Assembly (NCBI RefSeq): GCF_000737315.1
Contig: NZ_JMCB01000003.1
Coordinates: 20,001 to 144,000, forward strand
Direction: 5' to 3'
Origin: Hyalangium minutum
GTDB taxonomy: Bacteria; Myxococcota; Myxococcia; Myxococcales; Myxococcaceae
Length of the DNA: 124,000 nucleotides
Positions 104,009 to 114,337 of the stretch are shown piece by piece (position 1 is the first letter of the stretch; each line of letters opens with the position of its first letter). A program made the position numbers and the translations under genes. The notes below the pieces were generated by a model. The model saw only the letters and a list, made by a program, of their open reading frames with translations. It did no database searches and had not been told where the DNA came from.

Positions 104009-106681
104009 ATGTCTCAGGCAAGCACGCTGGCTCCCGCTCCCCTGGCGCCCGCCCCCTCAGTGCCGCCCTCCCCACGCCGGGGCCTCGGACAGCGGCTGAT
104101 GCGGTGGTGGGAGCGGGCGCGTCAGGGGCCTTGGGGCAAGGTGGGCCGAGCCCTGCTCGTCCTGTTGCCGCTGATCCTGATGGCGGCGGCGGGCCGGACG
104201 CTGGCGAAGGAGCTGGCTCAGCTCCGCTGGGAGCAGGTCGCGCTGGCGATGTCTGCCCTTCCGGGCTGGCGCGTGGGATTGGCCATGCTCGCCACCGCTG
104301 GCAGCTACCTCGCGCTCACCTTATATGACGTGTTGGCGCTCCAGTACGTGGGCCGTCGACTGCCCTACCGGCGCGTCGGCCGCATCTCCTTCACCGCCTG
104401 CGCTCTGGGGCACAGCATTGGCCTGTCGGTGCTCGGCAGCGGCTCGGTACGCCTGCGCCTCTACACGGATCAGGGGCTGTCCGTCGTCGAGGTGGCGCGC
104501 ATCGCCGCCTTCACCTCGGCGACGTTCTGGACGGGCCTCCTGTTGGCCGGTGGGTTGTGCGTGGCGGTGTCTCCCGAGGCGCTCGCTTTTCTGCAAGTGT
104601 CCTCCGGAACCGTGCGCGCCGTAGGAGTGGGGCTGCTGCTGCTCGTGGGGGGCTATGTCTGGGTCTGTGCCCTCGCTCACCGGAGGGCGGGCGCCCCGGG
104701 CCTGCGCTCGCACCTGCCTCGGCCGTCCTTGGCGGTGAGGCAGGCGCTGGTCTCCAGCATGGACTGGATGATGGCGGCGCTCGTCCTCTACCTGCTGCTG
104801 CCTGCGGAGTCGGGGCTGTCCCTGCCAGGCGTGGTGGCCCTCTTCGCCGCCGCGCAGTCGCTGGGGATTCTCAGCCAGGTTCCCGGCGGCCTGGGCGTGT
104901 TCGAGTTCGTCATGGTCACCGCGCTCGCACCTCGGGTGCCCATGCCCGCGGTGCTCGGGGTGCTCGTCGTCTACCGCATGCTCTACTATGTGCTGCCGCT
105001 GGTGCTGGCCCTGGCACTGCTGGGGAATCACGAGCTCTCGCACCGGCGCGCGGAGTTCCGGCAGCTGTTGAACGGCGTGAGGGCCACGCTGGCGCCGCTC
105101 ATGCCTCCGCTGGCCGCGGCCGCGTGCTTCGTGGCGGGCGCGGTGCTCCTCTTCTCCGGTGTCACTCCGGCCGTACCCTCGCGGCTGGAGTTCCTCAGCC
105201 ACTTCGTGCCGCTGCCGCTGCTGGAGCTCTCACACCTGCTTGGGAGCCTCACGGGCATGGCCCTGCTGCTGCTGGCGCTGGGCCTCAAGCGTCAGCTGGA
105301 TGGGGCCTTCGTGTTGGTGCTCGGGCTGCTGCTGGCGGGCGGCGTGCTGTCCCTGCTCAAGGGAGGGGATTATGAGGAGGCAACGCTGCTCTTCACCACC
105401 GCGCTGGTGCTGACACCGTTCCGCTCCCGCTTCTACCGGCACGCCTCGTTGTTCGCCCAGCGCCTCAGTGTCTCCTGGCTGCTGGCGGTGCTCGCCGTGG
105501 TAGGGGCCTCGGTGGGGTTGGGCTTCTTCTCCTACCGGCACGTGGACTACAGCCACGAGCTCTGGTGGCAGTTCACCCTGGAGGGCGATGCGCCCCGCTT
105601 CCTTCGCGCCCTGGTGGGCATGCTGAGCCTGTCGCTGTTCTTTGGCATCGCCACGCTGCTGCAGCCCGCCGCCGCGCGCCCGCGCCTGCCGGGCGCCGTG
105701 GAGCTGGCCGTGGCCCGTCCCCTGGTGGCGCACGCCCCCGAGTCCTCCGCGCACCTGGCGCTGGTGGGAGACAAGGCGCTGCTCTTCAACGACACGCGCA
105801 CCTCCTTCCTCATGTACGGCGTGGCGGGGCGCAGCTGGGTGTCCATGGGCGATCCGGTGGGGCCGCCGGACGAGGCCACGGAGCTGGCGTGGCGCTTCCA
105901 CGAGCTGGCGGATCGGCACCACGGGTGGACCTGCTTCTACCAGGTGGGGCCCTCGGCGCTGCCGCGCTACCTGGACATGGGGCTGGCGCTGCTGAAGCTG
106001 GGCGAGGAGGCCACCGTGCCGCTGGGGGGCTTCCTCTTGGAGCTGCCCGAGTTCAAAGGCCTGCGCCACACGTGCCGCAAGCTGGAGAAGGAGGGGGTGA
106101 CCTTCGAGGTGTGCCCCGCCCAGCAGGTGCTGCCGCTGCTGCCAGAGCTGGAGTCCATCTCGCGCGCGTGGATGGACGAGAAGCAGACCCGCGAGAAGGG
106201 CTTCTCACTGGGCTTCTTCTGCCCGCGCTACCTCCGGGAGGGCCCCGTCGCGCTGGTGCGCCACCAGGGGCGCCTGGTGGCCTTTGCCAACATGTGGGTC
106301 CCGCTGTTGCGCGAGGAGTTCTCCGTGGACCTGATGCGCCACCGGCCCGAGGTCCCGCGCGGGGTGATGGACTTCCTCTTCACGCAGCTGATGCTGTGGG
106401 GGCGGGAGCAGGGCTACGAGCGCTTCAACCTGGGCATGGCGCCCTTCAGCGGGATGATGTCGCGCAGCCTGGCGCCGCTGTGGCACCGCCTGGGCACCTT
106501 TCTCTTCCGCCACGGTGAGCACTTCTACAACTTCCAGGGTCTGCGCCAATACAAGGAGAAGTTCCACCCGGTGTGGACGCCGCGCTATCTCGCCGCGCCG
106601 GGCGGGTGGGTGCTGCCTCGGGTGCTCGCGAACATCGCCACGCTTGTGTCGCGCGGCCTCACGGGAGCGGTGTCGAGATGA
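104009..106681 (+). CDS. mprF: Bifunctional lysylphosphatidylglycerol flippase/synthetase
   Basis: Multi-TM flippase; GDPVG, KLGEEA, VDLMR, GLRQYKEKF. Confidence 0.92.
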   Translation: MSQASTLAPAPLAPAPSVPPSPRRGLGQRLMRWWERARQGPWGKVGRALLVLLPLILMAAAGRTLAKELAQLRWEQVALAMSALPGWRVGLAMLATAGSYLALTLYDVLALQYVGRRLPYRRVGRISFTACALGHSIGLSVLGSGSVRLRLYTDQGLSVVEVARIAAFTSATFWTGLLLAGGLCVAVSPEALAFLQVSSGTVRAVGVGLLLLVGGYVWVCALAHRRAGAPGLRSHLPRPSLAVRQALVSSMDWMMAALVLYLLLPAESGLSLPGVVALFAAAQSLGILSQVPGGLGVFEFVMVTALAPRVPMPAVLGVLVVYRMLYYVLPLVLALALLGNHELSHRRAEFRQLLNGVRATLAPLMPPLAAAACFVAGAVLLFSGVTPAVPSRLEFLSHFVPLPLLELSHLLGSLTGMALLLLALGLKRQLDGAFVLVLGLLLAGGVLSLLKGGDYEEATLLFTTALVLTPFRSRFYRHASLFAQRLSVSWLLAVLAVVGASVGLGFFSYRHVDYSHELWWQFTLEGDAPRFLRALVGMLSLSLFFGIATLLQPAAARPRLPGAVELAVARPLVAHAPESSAHLALVGDKALLFNDTRTSFLMYGVAGRSWVSMGDPVGPPDEATELAWRFHELADRHHGWTCFYQVGPSALPRYLDMGLALLKLGEEATVPLGGFLLELPEFKGLRHTCRKLEKEGVTFEVCPAQQVLPLLPELESISRAWMDEKQTREKGFSLGFFCPRYLREGPVALVRHQGRLVAFANMWVPLLREEFSVDLMRHRPEVPRGVMDFLFTQLMLWGREQGYERFNLGMAPFSGMMSRSLAPLWHRLGTFLFRHGEHFYNFQGLRQYKEKFHPVWTPRYLAAPGGWVLPRVLANIATLVSRGLTGAVSR

Positions 106682-107385
106682 GAACCTCACGGTGGTGCGG
106701 TGTCCTCGCGGGCGCGCTGCTCGCGCTCACGGTCCAAGCGGCTTCCGGGCAGCCGCTCGAGCCCGTGGGAGATCTGCCCCTCGTCGAAGTGCCCGCGGCC
106801 ACGCCTTCATCCGACAGCTTCGCGCTCCTTCTCACGGGGGATGGAGGCTGGGCGCCTCTCGACAAGCACCTCGCAGCGGCGCTCAACACCCAGGGCATGT
106901 CCGTGGTGGGCTGGGACTCGCTGCGCTACTTCTGGAAGCGGCGGTCGCCCGAGGACACGGCGCGGGACGTGGGCCGGGCGATGGCGCACTACCTGACGGC
107001 GTGGGGGGCGCGGCGCGTGGTGCTCGTGGGTTACTCGCGCGGAGCGGATGTCCTCCCCGCCATCGTGGCCCGGCTCCCCTCGGAGCTGCGTGAGAAGGTG
107101 CGGCTGGTGGCGCTGGTGGCCCCCGGCCACAGCGCCGAGTTCGAGGTCCACGTCCTGGATCTGCTCGGCGGTGGAGGCGGGGACTACCCAGTGCTCCCCG
107201 AGGTGAAGGCACTCGGGGGGATGCCCGTGCTGTGCCTCTATGGAGACGAAGAGCTCAAGGAGAGCCTCTGTCCCAAGCTGTCCGAAGTGACGGGAGTCCA
107301 GGCGCTGAGGCTTCACGGAGGGCACCACTTTGACGGGAACTACACGCGTGTGGCCCGCGCCATCATCGACGCCTTGGGGCAGTGA
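106678..107385 (+). CDS. acvB: AcvB/VirJ family lysyl-phosphatidylglycerol hydrolase
   Basis: TGDGGW, DSLRYFW, GYSRGAD, GGHHF. Confidence 0.85.
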   Translation: MRTSRWCGVLAGALLALTVQAASGQPLEPVGDLPLVEVPAATPSSDSFALLLTGDGGWAPLDKHLAAALNTQGMSVVGWDSLRYFWKRRSPEDTARDVGRAMAHYLTAWGARRVVLVGYSRGADVLPAIVARLPSELREKVRLVALVAPGHSAEFEVHVLDLLGGGGGDYPVLPEVKALGGMPVLCLYGDEELKESLCPKLSEVTGVQALRLHGGHHFDGNYTRVARAIIDALGQ

Positions 107386-107386
107386 G

Positions 107387-110260
107387 TCAGAAGGATCTCG
107401 ACAGGCCCAGGCGGACCTCGCGGCCGTACTGAGGCACGCTGGGGCGCTGGTAATCGGGGCTGATGGGCGTCAGCGCCCGCTCGTCGAGCAGGTTGTACAC
107501 GCCGCCGTAGTAGCGGAGCTGCCAGGGCTGGAACTGACCGGACATCACCAGGTTCATGTACAGCGACTGGGGAATGCGCCGCCCGCTGAAGTCGTAGCGG
107601 GCGCCGGTGAACACCAGCTCCGCGCCCGCAACCAGTCCCTGTTTCAGGATGGGGAGGCCGAAGCGCGCGGAGATGGCGTGCTCGGCCGAGTTCACCAGTT
107701 GCTGCTCGGTGGTCTCCTCATTTCCTTCCTCTCGAATCACCTGTCCGGGCTCATCGAGGCGGGTCTGCAGATAGCCGGAGAGGCTCACGAGCTGTCCCGT
107801 GCCCGGGGCGTAGCGCAGCTCGAACTCCGTGCCTCCCAAGCCGAAAGGCCCCGAGGCCGAGTACCGGTAGGGCGGCGTCGAGCCGGGCATGGTACGGACG
107901 ATGTCTCCGTAGGAGTTGAGGAACGCGCCGACGATGATGCTCGTCTCATCGCTCACGGTGTGCGTGTGCTCGAGCGCCAGGCTGAAGTGGCTCTCCGAGT
108001 TCAGCTCCGTGGGCCTGATCCGGTCGAAGGGCCGGAAATCGTACCGGAGCTCGCGCTCGCTGGGGCCTCGCCCGGTGACGCCCGAGGTGAACTTGAGGCT
108101 GCCGCCCTCGTAGGGCTTGCTGACGATGGCCAGCACCGGTGCCAGCTTGAAGACCTGATCGAACGCCCCGCGGGCCCGGAGGCTCTCGCGCACGGGGTTG
108201 ATGCGTGAGCCGAAGTGGAGGAGGAACCACGGCTTGGGCGCCCACTCGTAGCTGCCATAGAGCGTGAACTCGGTGCGCTGGCCAGGGTAGAGGTCCACCT
108301 TGGGGCCGTTGCCCGCTTGGAGTGTTCCGTCCAGGGACAACGACTGCTGGAGCGCTGTGCCCAGGATGATGCGGCTGGTGTTCGAGCGCGCCCACTCGAA
108401 CCGGACCTCTCCCGAGAGGCTCACCCCTTGGCCGGTCTCCGAGCCCTGAGACTCGGGGGCGGCGGTGGATGGCGTGCGCAACGAGTAGTCGCTCACGTCG
108501 AGCGCCACCCGCGACAGCAGGAAGCTGCCCCCGGGGTAGGTGCGGCTGTACTGCAGGGCCGCGAACCCCCGCAGATCCGTGGCCTGGACAGCCGAGGCTC
108601 CCGCCCAAAGGAAGCCGGTGGGGACCTGCTTGGTGCGGTGGATGAGCCCGGAGGTGAGCGCGAAATTCTTGTACCGCCCGAAGGCGAAGACGCGCTGAGA
108701 GGTCTCCAGGTCGGAGAGCAGCGTCTCCGTGGAAGGCAGGGGGAGCGGATCCCCGATCGAGCGCCCAGCTCCCGCCAGCACCACCAGCTCTCGCTCGCCG
108801 CTCTTGGTCGAGGCCATCGACTGGAAGTCCGCGCCGGGCAGGGTGTTGGCGCTCAGGCTGAAGCGCACGTGCACGCCGTCCTCGGGGCGCCGCGTCACCA
108901 CGTTGACGAGGCCGAGGAAGGCGGTGGTGCCGAAGACCATGCCCTCGCCGCGCACCACCTCGATGCGCTCCACCTGGGCCATGTCGATGCCCAGGTCCAT
109001 TCCGAGCGGGCCGTAGCCGCGGGCAATGTCGTTGAGAGGGTGCCCGTTGAGCAGCACGAGGATGCGTGCGTTGGCGTTCTCCGGCACGCCGAAGCCGCGC
109101 ATGCCCGCGGAGTCATAGAGCCGGTCGGTCCACACCTGGAGGCTGCGCACCGAGCGCAGGGCCTCGGCCACCGTGCGGTAGCCGAACAGGCGCAGCTCCT
109201 CGGCGGTGATGATGGTGGTGGATGCGGGCGCGTCCTCGAGGCGGATCTGCCGCTGGGTGGCACCGGCGACCTCCAGCCGCAGCGGCTTGAGCTTGGCCTC
109301 CACGGGGAGCAACTGCCGATCCTTCAGCTCCACCTCGGTGCGGAAGGGCTCGAGGCCCTCTTGGCGAACCTCCACCACGCGTCGTCCGGCATCGACGCCC
109401 TCGATGACGGCGGGGGTGAAGCCCACCTCCCGGTCATCCACCAGCACCACCGCGCCGTCGACGTTGGCCCGAACCACCAGGCTTCCGGTGAGCCGGGGCG
109501 CGGGGGGCTCGGGCACGAGCCGGAGCTCCACGGGGCGCGTCTGGTCCGCCACCACCTCGATATCCTCTAGGTCCGGGAGGAAGCCGGGCGCCACCACGCG
109601 CAGGAGCATGCGCCCGGGCCGCAGGTTCTTCACCTCTCCGGGGCCTGTCCGCAGCACCTCTCCGGTCTCCTCGAGCCGGATCTCGGCCTGCGGGGGCACG
109701 CCGCGGATGTCGAGCCCGCCCACGATGAGGGCCAGCTCGCCGGTGGCCAGCACCTCGCGCCCGCGTACCACCTCCACCTCGAGCTCGGCCGAGCGGTAGC
109801 CGTCGAGGTCCAGCAGGATGCGGTGGCGGCCAGGCTTGAGCGCCAGTGTCTTCGGGGTGGACCCGAGCGCCCCGAGATCTCGCCGGCCGACGAAGATGGA
109901 GGCACCAGGAGGGGTGGACTCCACGCGGACGAGGGCCAGCCTCGGGCGGAGGTAGGCGAGGGCCTGATCCACGTCCTTGCGCTCATCCTGGGGGAGGGGC
110001 TGCCGGGCGAGCTCGGAGTAGGCGCGGAAGGCCTCGTCGTAGAGCTGCAGCCGGCCCAGCGTGGAGGCGATGTTCAGCTGCACGTTCCGGTTGGGCACCA
110101 GCCGGTTGGACGCGTAGAACTCCTGAAGCGCGTCCTCGAAGCGGCCCTGGCGCTGGAAGGCGAGGCCCCGGCGGAAGTGGAACTCGGCCTCGTCCGCGAC
110201 ATCCGCACCCTGGGCCGCGCCAGCGATCAGCAGGAGGAGCAGGAGCAGCGCACGGCTCAT
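107387..110260 (-). CDS. TonB-dependent receptor with TPR and PEGA N-terminal domains
   Basis: TPR, three PEGA-like repeats, plug (APASTTIIT..RIEVVRG), terminal F. Confidence 0.85.
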   Translation of the reverse strand: MSRALLLLLLLIAGAAQGADVADEAEFHFRRGLAFQRQGRFEDALQEFYASNRLVPNRNVQLNIASTLGRLQLYDEAFRAYSELARQPLPQDERKDVDQALAYLRPRLALVRVESTPPGASIFVGRRDLGALGSTPKTLALKPGRHRILLDLDGYRSAELEVEVVRGREVLATGELALIVGGLDIRGVPPQAEIRLEETGEVLRTGPGEVKNLRPGRMLLRVVAPGFLPDLEDIEVVADQTRPVELRLVPEPPAPRLTGSLVVRANVDGAVVLVDDREVGFTPAVIEGVDAGRRVVEVRQEGLEPFRTEVELKDRQLLPVEAKLKPLRLEVAGATQRQIRLEDAPASTTIITAEELRLFGYRTVAEALRSVRSLQVWTDRLYDSAGMRGFGVPENANARILVLLNGHPLNDIARGYGPLGMDLGIDMAQVERIEVVRGEGMVFGTTAFLGLVNVVTRRPEDGVHVRFSLSANTLPGADFQSMASTKSGERELVVLAGAGRSIGDPLPLPSTETLLSDLETSQRVFAFGRYKNFALTSGLIHRTKQVPTGFLWAGASAVQATDLRGFAALQYSRTYPGGSFLLSRVALDVSDYSLRTPSTAAPESQGSETGQGVSLSGEVRFEWARSNTSRIILGTALQQSLSLDGTLQAGNGPKVDLYPGQRTEFTLYGSYEWAPKPWFLLHFGSRINPVRESLRARGAFDQVFKLAPVLAIVSKPYEGGSLKFTSGVTGRGPSERELRYDFRPFDRIRPTELNSESHFSLALEHTHTVSDETSIIVGAFLNSYGDIVRTMPGSTPPYRYSASGPFGLGGTEFELRYAPGTGQLVSLSGYLQTRLDEPGQVIREEGNEETTEQQLVNSAEHAISARFGLPILKQGLVAGAELVFTGARYDFSGRRIPQSLYMNLVMSGQFQPWQLRYYGGVYNLLDERALTPISPDYQRPSVPQYGREVRLGLSRSF

Positions 110261-111957
110261 CGCTGGTCCATCGTCTTGCCGAAGGGGGTGCTGTTCGGGA
110301 GGGCGGCCTTGTTCAGCTTGACCTCCCGGGTGGCGCCCTCTTGCGGAACCAACTCGATGTCCTGGCTGGTGTAGCCCTTGAGGGAGAGGCTGAGCTTCAC
110401 CGGCTCGTTGGGAGTGAGCGCGAGCTTCATTGGCGTCTCCCCGAGGCTCTGGCCGTCTCGGCGCACGGTGGCACCCAGGGGCTTGCTGGTGACAGTGACG
110501 GTGACCTTCTTGAGGTTCAACGTGAACCTGAGCTCTGCGGACTCGCCCATCACGTGGGTGTGCTGGATCGACTCCAGGCCAGGGGCTTGGAGGGTGAGAG
110601 CGACGCGCGTGCCCGGCTGGATGGGAAGGGTGAGCGGCGTCTTGCCTTTGAAGTCGCCTCCCACGCGCACCTCGACCTCTGAGGGATGCGAGACGATCGT
110701 CAGCGTGGGGAGCTCCGCCGCCGCCGCCGGTGGGACGGGAGGCATGGGGACCGGCGGAGAGCCCGGGCGGGCCAGGAAGACAGCGCCGCCCGCGAGCATG
110801 AGAGCGAAGGCCCCGAAGAGCGCGAGTCGGCGCCCCTTGTGAGGGGCGTGCGGAGCGGTAGGAGACGGAGGGGCACTCGGCGCGGGCGCGTCGCTGGGAG
110901 GGAGCGCGCCGCGCTCGGGCGTCAGATAGGTGCGGGTGAGACCGGAAGGCTGAGGGGTCGCACCCGAGGGCGTGCGGACGAAGGTGCTATCGAGCCCCGT
111001 GTTGGGAGTGATCTCGGCACGCACCCGGGAGCGCTCTTTGTAATCGGGATAGGCGGAGCGCAGGAATGCCGCGAGGTGGGCCAGGGAGGAGGGCTGCTGG
111101 TTCTTGAGGAGCCAGTCCTCGAGGGCCAGGGCGAACTGGCTGGAGTTGGCGTAGCGGTCCTCGGGGCGGCGGGCGAGCGCGCGCATCACCACGGCATCCA
111201 GGTCCACCGTGCACGCAGGGTTCAGGGTGGAGGGCGGCGCGATGTTGGCCTCGCGGGCGGCCTTCAGCGTGCCAGGGTCCGAGTCGCGTTGCAGGGCCCG
111301 TTGGCCTGTGAGCAGCTCGTGGAGGACGAGGCCCAGGGAGAAGAGATCGCTGCGGGCATCGAGCGGCTCACCCTCGGCCTGCTCCGGCGACATATAGGCG
111401 AACTTGCCCTTGAGCTGGCCTGCGGCGGTGGTGTTGGCGGCGCGTCCTGCGGCCTTGGCGATGCCGAAGTCGATCAGCTTGACGGCGCCCTCGAAGCTCA
111501 CGAGGACATTGGAGGGCGAGACGTCGCGGTGGACGATGCCGAGCGGCTGGCCGCTGTCGTCGGTGAGCTCGTGGGCGTAGTGCAGGGCGGAGGCGGCATC
111601 CGCGATGATCCGGCAGGCGAGGGCAGGAGGGAGCCGGGCGCCGCGCTCGGCAAGGTGCTGCTGGAGCGAGCGGAGGTCGACGCCGGGCACATACTCCATG
111701 GCGAGGTAATGGGTCCCGGCGTGCTCGCCCAGCTCGAAGATCTGGCAGATGTGGGGGTGATTGAGCTGGGCGGCGATCCGAGCCTCGTCGAGGAACATGG
111801 TCATGAAGCCCTGGTCCCGGGACAGGTGGGCCAGGAGCATCTTGACGACGACGAGCTTCTGGAAGCCTTCGGCGCGGTTGCGAGCGAGGTAGAGCTGTCC
111901 CATGCCCCCGGTGGCGAGGGGCTGGAGCAGCTCGTAGTGGCCAAAAGGTTCGCCCAT
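110257..111957 (-). CDS. Membrane Ser/Thr kinase with two PEGA domains
   Basis: GGMG, HRDVSPSN, DFG, GKFAYMSPE. Confidence 0.92.
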   Translation of the reverse strand: MGEPFGHYELLQPLATGGMGQLYLARNRAEGFQKLVVVKMLLAHLSRDQGFMTMFLDEARIAAQLNHPHICQIFELGEHAGTHYLAMEYVPGVDLRSLQQHLAERGARLPPALACRIIADAASALHYAHELTDDSGQPLGIVHRDVSPSNVLVSFEGAVKLIDFGIAKAAGRAANTTAAGQLKGKFAYMSPEQAEGEPLDARSDLFSLGLVLHELLTGQRALQRDSDPGTLKAAREANIAPPSTLNPACTVDLDAVVMRALARRPEDRYANSSQFALALEDWLLKNQQPSSLAHLAAFLRSAYPDYKERSRVRAEITPNTGLDSTFVRTPSGATPQPSGLTRTYLTPERGALPPSDAPAPSAPPSPTAPHAPHKGRRLALFGAFALMLAGGAVFLARPGSPPVPMPPVPPAAAAELPTLTIVSHPSEVEVRVGGDFKGKTPLTLPIQPGTRVALTLQAPGLESIQHTHVMGESAELRFTLNLKKVTVTVTSKPLGATVRRDGQSLGETPMKLALTPNEPVKLSLSLKGYTSQDIELVPQEGATREVKLNKAALPNSTPFGKTMDQR

Positions 111958-112008
111958 GAAGCGGGGGATTCTAAGCATTTCCGGGAATGGGACGCACCCT
112001 TCGACAGC

Positions 112009-113178
112009 TCAATGCGCGTTGGGCATGGTCTCGAACGGCCAAGGGCGTGCGGCGGCCGAGGGGCCTCTGCCACCCCCTGTGCGCTGGCCCAGCCAGAGAT
112101 CCGCGATCTGCTGGGCCAGCCGCCACGGTTCGCCGCCAGCACGGTTCGTCAGGACGATGACCGTGAGGTGCTGCGCGGGATACTTCACGATCGCGTTGGT
112201 GAAGCCCGAGGTCTCACCGTGGTGGGAGAGGCGCATACGGCCCTCGTCGTCATCGATGAACCACCCGAACCCGTAGCGCGCGGAGGAGCCATCCGGAAGC
112301 CGAGCGGGAGCCCAAGCGAGCTGCTGAGTGGTCTCAGGGATCAGCGCGTGCGTGTCCAAGGCCTTGTTCCAAGCCAGCAGCTCCACCACGGACGAGTAGA
112401 TCCCTCCATCGCCGAGAACGGCACTGGTGGGGCTCTGGTCCCGAGGACGGAAGCCCTGGGCTTCGGCGACGTAGCCGTAGGCGCGGTGAGGCACCGTCGA
112501 GATGCCCTCTTCGTGGGCGACAGTGGAGTGCATGCCGCTGGGAACGAAGACGCGGTCATGCAGGAAGGAGGCGAACGACATCCCGCTGACCTGCTCGACG
112601 ATGAGGGCGAGCACGGCGTACCCCGAATTGCTGTAGCGCACAGCGGTTCCGGGCGGGAAGTAGGTGTGGTCCACGCGGGAGAGGAGGGCGAGGACATCGC
112701 GATCCTTTACCTGCACGGTCTGGGTGCTGGGGACGAAGTCCTCATAGTCCCAGATTCCCGAGGTGTGATTGAGCAGATGTCGGACGCGGACCTCGCTCAA
112801 GTACGCGGGGAAGCCGGGGAGCACATCCACGACACGGTCGTCGTAGCGGAGCTTGCCCTGTTCGACGAGGAGCATGATCGCCATGGCGGTGAACTGCTTG
112901 GTGAGCGAGGCCAGGCGGTAGTGGGTCTCTGACGTGGTCGGTGTGCGCGACTCCAGCTTCGCCAGACCGTAGGTGCCGCGGAGGACCTCCTGCCCGTTCT
113001 GAATCACGATGAAACTGGCCCCGGGGCTGTCGGGCGAGGCATAGGCGCTGAAGATCGAGTCCACCTCGCGCCGCATGTCATCCTCGGGCGCGGTGGCACT
113101 GAAGGTGGATGCACAGCCAGCGAGCAGGGCACAGAGGGTGAGACTGGATACGGAGGTCGCGAGGGCAGGGGAGTGCAT
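112009..113178 (-). CDS. Serine hydrolase (beta-lactamase/AmpC family)
   Basis: SLTK, YSN, HHG. Confidence 0.88.
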   Translation of the reverse strand: MHSPALATSVSSLTLCALLAGCASTFSATAPEDDMRREVDSIFSAYASPDSPGASFIVIQNGQEVLRGTYGLAKLESRTPTTSETHYRLASLTKQFTAMAIMLLVEQGKLRYDDRVVDVLPGFPAYLSEVRVRHLLNHTSGIWDYEDFVPSTQTVQVKDRDVLALLSRVDHTYFPPGTAVRYSNSGYAVLALIVEQVSGMSFASFLHDRVFVPSGMHSTVAHEEGISTVPHRAYGYVAEAQGFRPRDQSPTSAVLGDGGIYSSVVELLAWNKALDTHALIPETTQQLAWAPARLPDGSSARYGFGWFIDDDEGRMRLSHHGETSGFTNAIVKYPAQHLTVIVLTNRAGGEPWRLAQQIADLWLGQRTGGGRGPSAAARPWPFETMPNAH

Positions 113179-113207
113179 GGGGGCGAAGGGCTACCAGCGG
113201 AGCCCGG

Positions 113208-114263
113208 TCAGGTCAGCAACTGGCCCACTTGTCCAGCCAGCTCCAGGTCAAAGGGATCGAACTCCAGCGAGCCCATGAGGACGGCCATCTTGGGGTCTCT
113301 CTGTCCGGTGGCGATCTGCAGGAAGTCGTCGTCCTTGCTGCGCACCGTCACCCGAGGCGTGCCGTTCAAGCCTTTCTTGACCCACTGCTTCTGCGCGCCG
113401 AGATCCACGGTCCACTGACCGCCATGGTTGCCACTGATATCCAGATGGACCACCGCCCCAATGCTTCGGGCGAGTTCTCGCTTCGTCTCGATGCGCCGGG
113501 GCAGTTCCCGCTCGATCAGCGTGCGCACGGTGAGCGGCGCCTCCGCTTTGGAGGGGGCTTTGTTCGCGGCCGCCTTCTTTGTGGCCACCTTCTTCGCGGC
113601 CGCCTTCTTGGCTGGGGCGGCTTTCCCTAGCGGCTTCTTCTCCACGCTCTTCTTCGTGGCAGCCTTCTTCGCGGACTTTCGTGGCGCGGCCTTGGGGGAT
113701 TCCTCCTCGTCTTCCGCAGGCTCTTCCGAGCCCTGGTCCGCCACGGCTTTGATCTTCTCCTCATTCTGCTTGCGGAACTTGTCGAAGGCGTCTCTGGAGA
113801 AGAGGGAGCTCCCCTCGTCCTTGGCCTTGCGGAACACTTTCTCCAGGTCTTCCTGAGAGGCGTTTGGGTTCTTGAAGTACTCCATGGCCACGCGGCCCAT
113901 GGCCCAGTTGGCGGCGAAGGCGGGGACCACCGTGAGCAGGGCTCCGATGATGGGCAACAAGGCCTTGATGCCTTGCCGCGCCAGGAAGCCGACGCCGGCG
114001 GTGGCGCCCAGCTCGAGGATGAGATCTTTGGCTGAGGCCTTGTCGACCTTCCGGCCATAGATGTGACCGATCGTCATCACCATGCCGGTCTGGATGGGCA
114101 GCATCAGCACTACATCCGAGAGCGGAATGGGCGAGATGGAGACCACCGCAGAGGCATAGGAGCACAGGTTGATGACATCTCGCGCAGCCTGGTCCCTCTG
114201 CGCCACGGATGCCTTGCTGAAGTCCCGCGTCCGGATGTCATCCAGCGTATCGAGCCACGACAT
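113208..114263 (-). CDS. DUF697 + Lys/Ala-rich linker + SCP2 domain protein
   Basis: PIPLSD..PIQ..MV..IG.IYG; AAKK repeats; SCP2-like WTVDL..V...DDFLQI. Confidence 0.75.
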   Translation of the reverse strand: MSWLDTLDDIRTRDFSKASVAQRDQAARDVINLCSYASAVVSISPIPLSDVVLMLPIQTGMVMTIGHIYGRKVDKASAKDLILELGATAGVGFLARQGIKALLPIIGALLTVVPAFAANWAMGRVAMEYFKNPNASQEDLEKVFRKAKDEGSSLFSRDAFDKFRKQNEEKIKAVADQGSEEPAEDEEESPKAAPRKSAKKAATKKSVEKKPLGKAAPAKKAAAKKVATKKAAANKAPSKAEAPLTVRTLIERELPRRIETKRELARSIGAVVHLDISGNHGGQWTVDLGAQKQWVKKGLNGTPRVTVRSKDDDFLQIATGQRDPKMAVLMGSLEFDPFDLELAGQVGQLLT

Positions 114264-114337
114264 GATTTCCCCCCTCCCGTGGGCCCAGCATACCCGCATC
114301 TCGTGCTCGGCAAGGGCCGCGCGCGGTCCAGTGGGGA

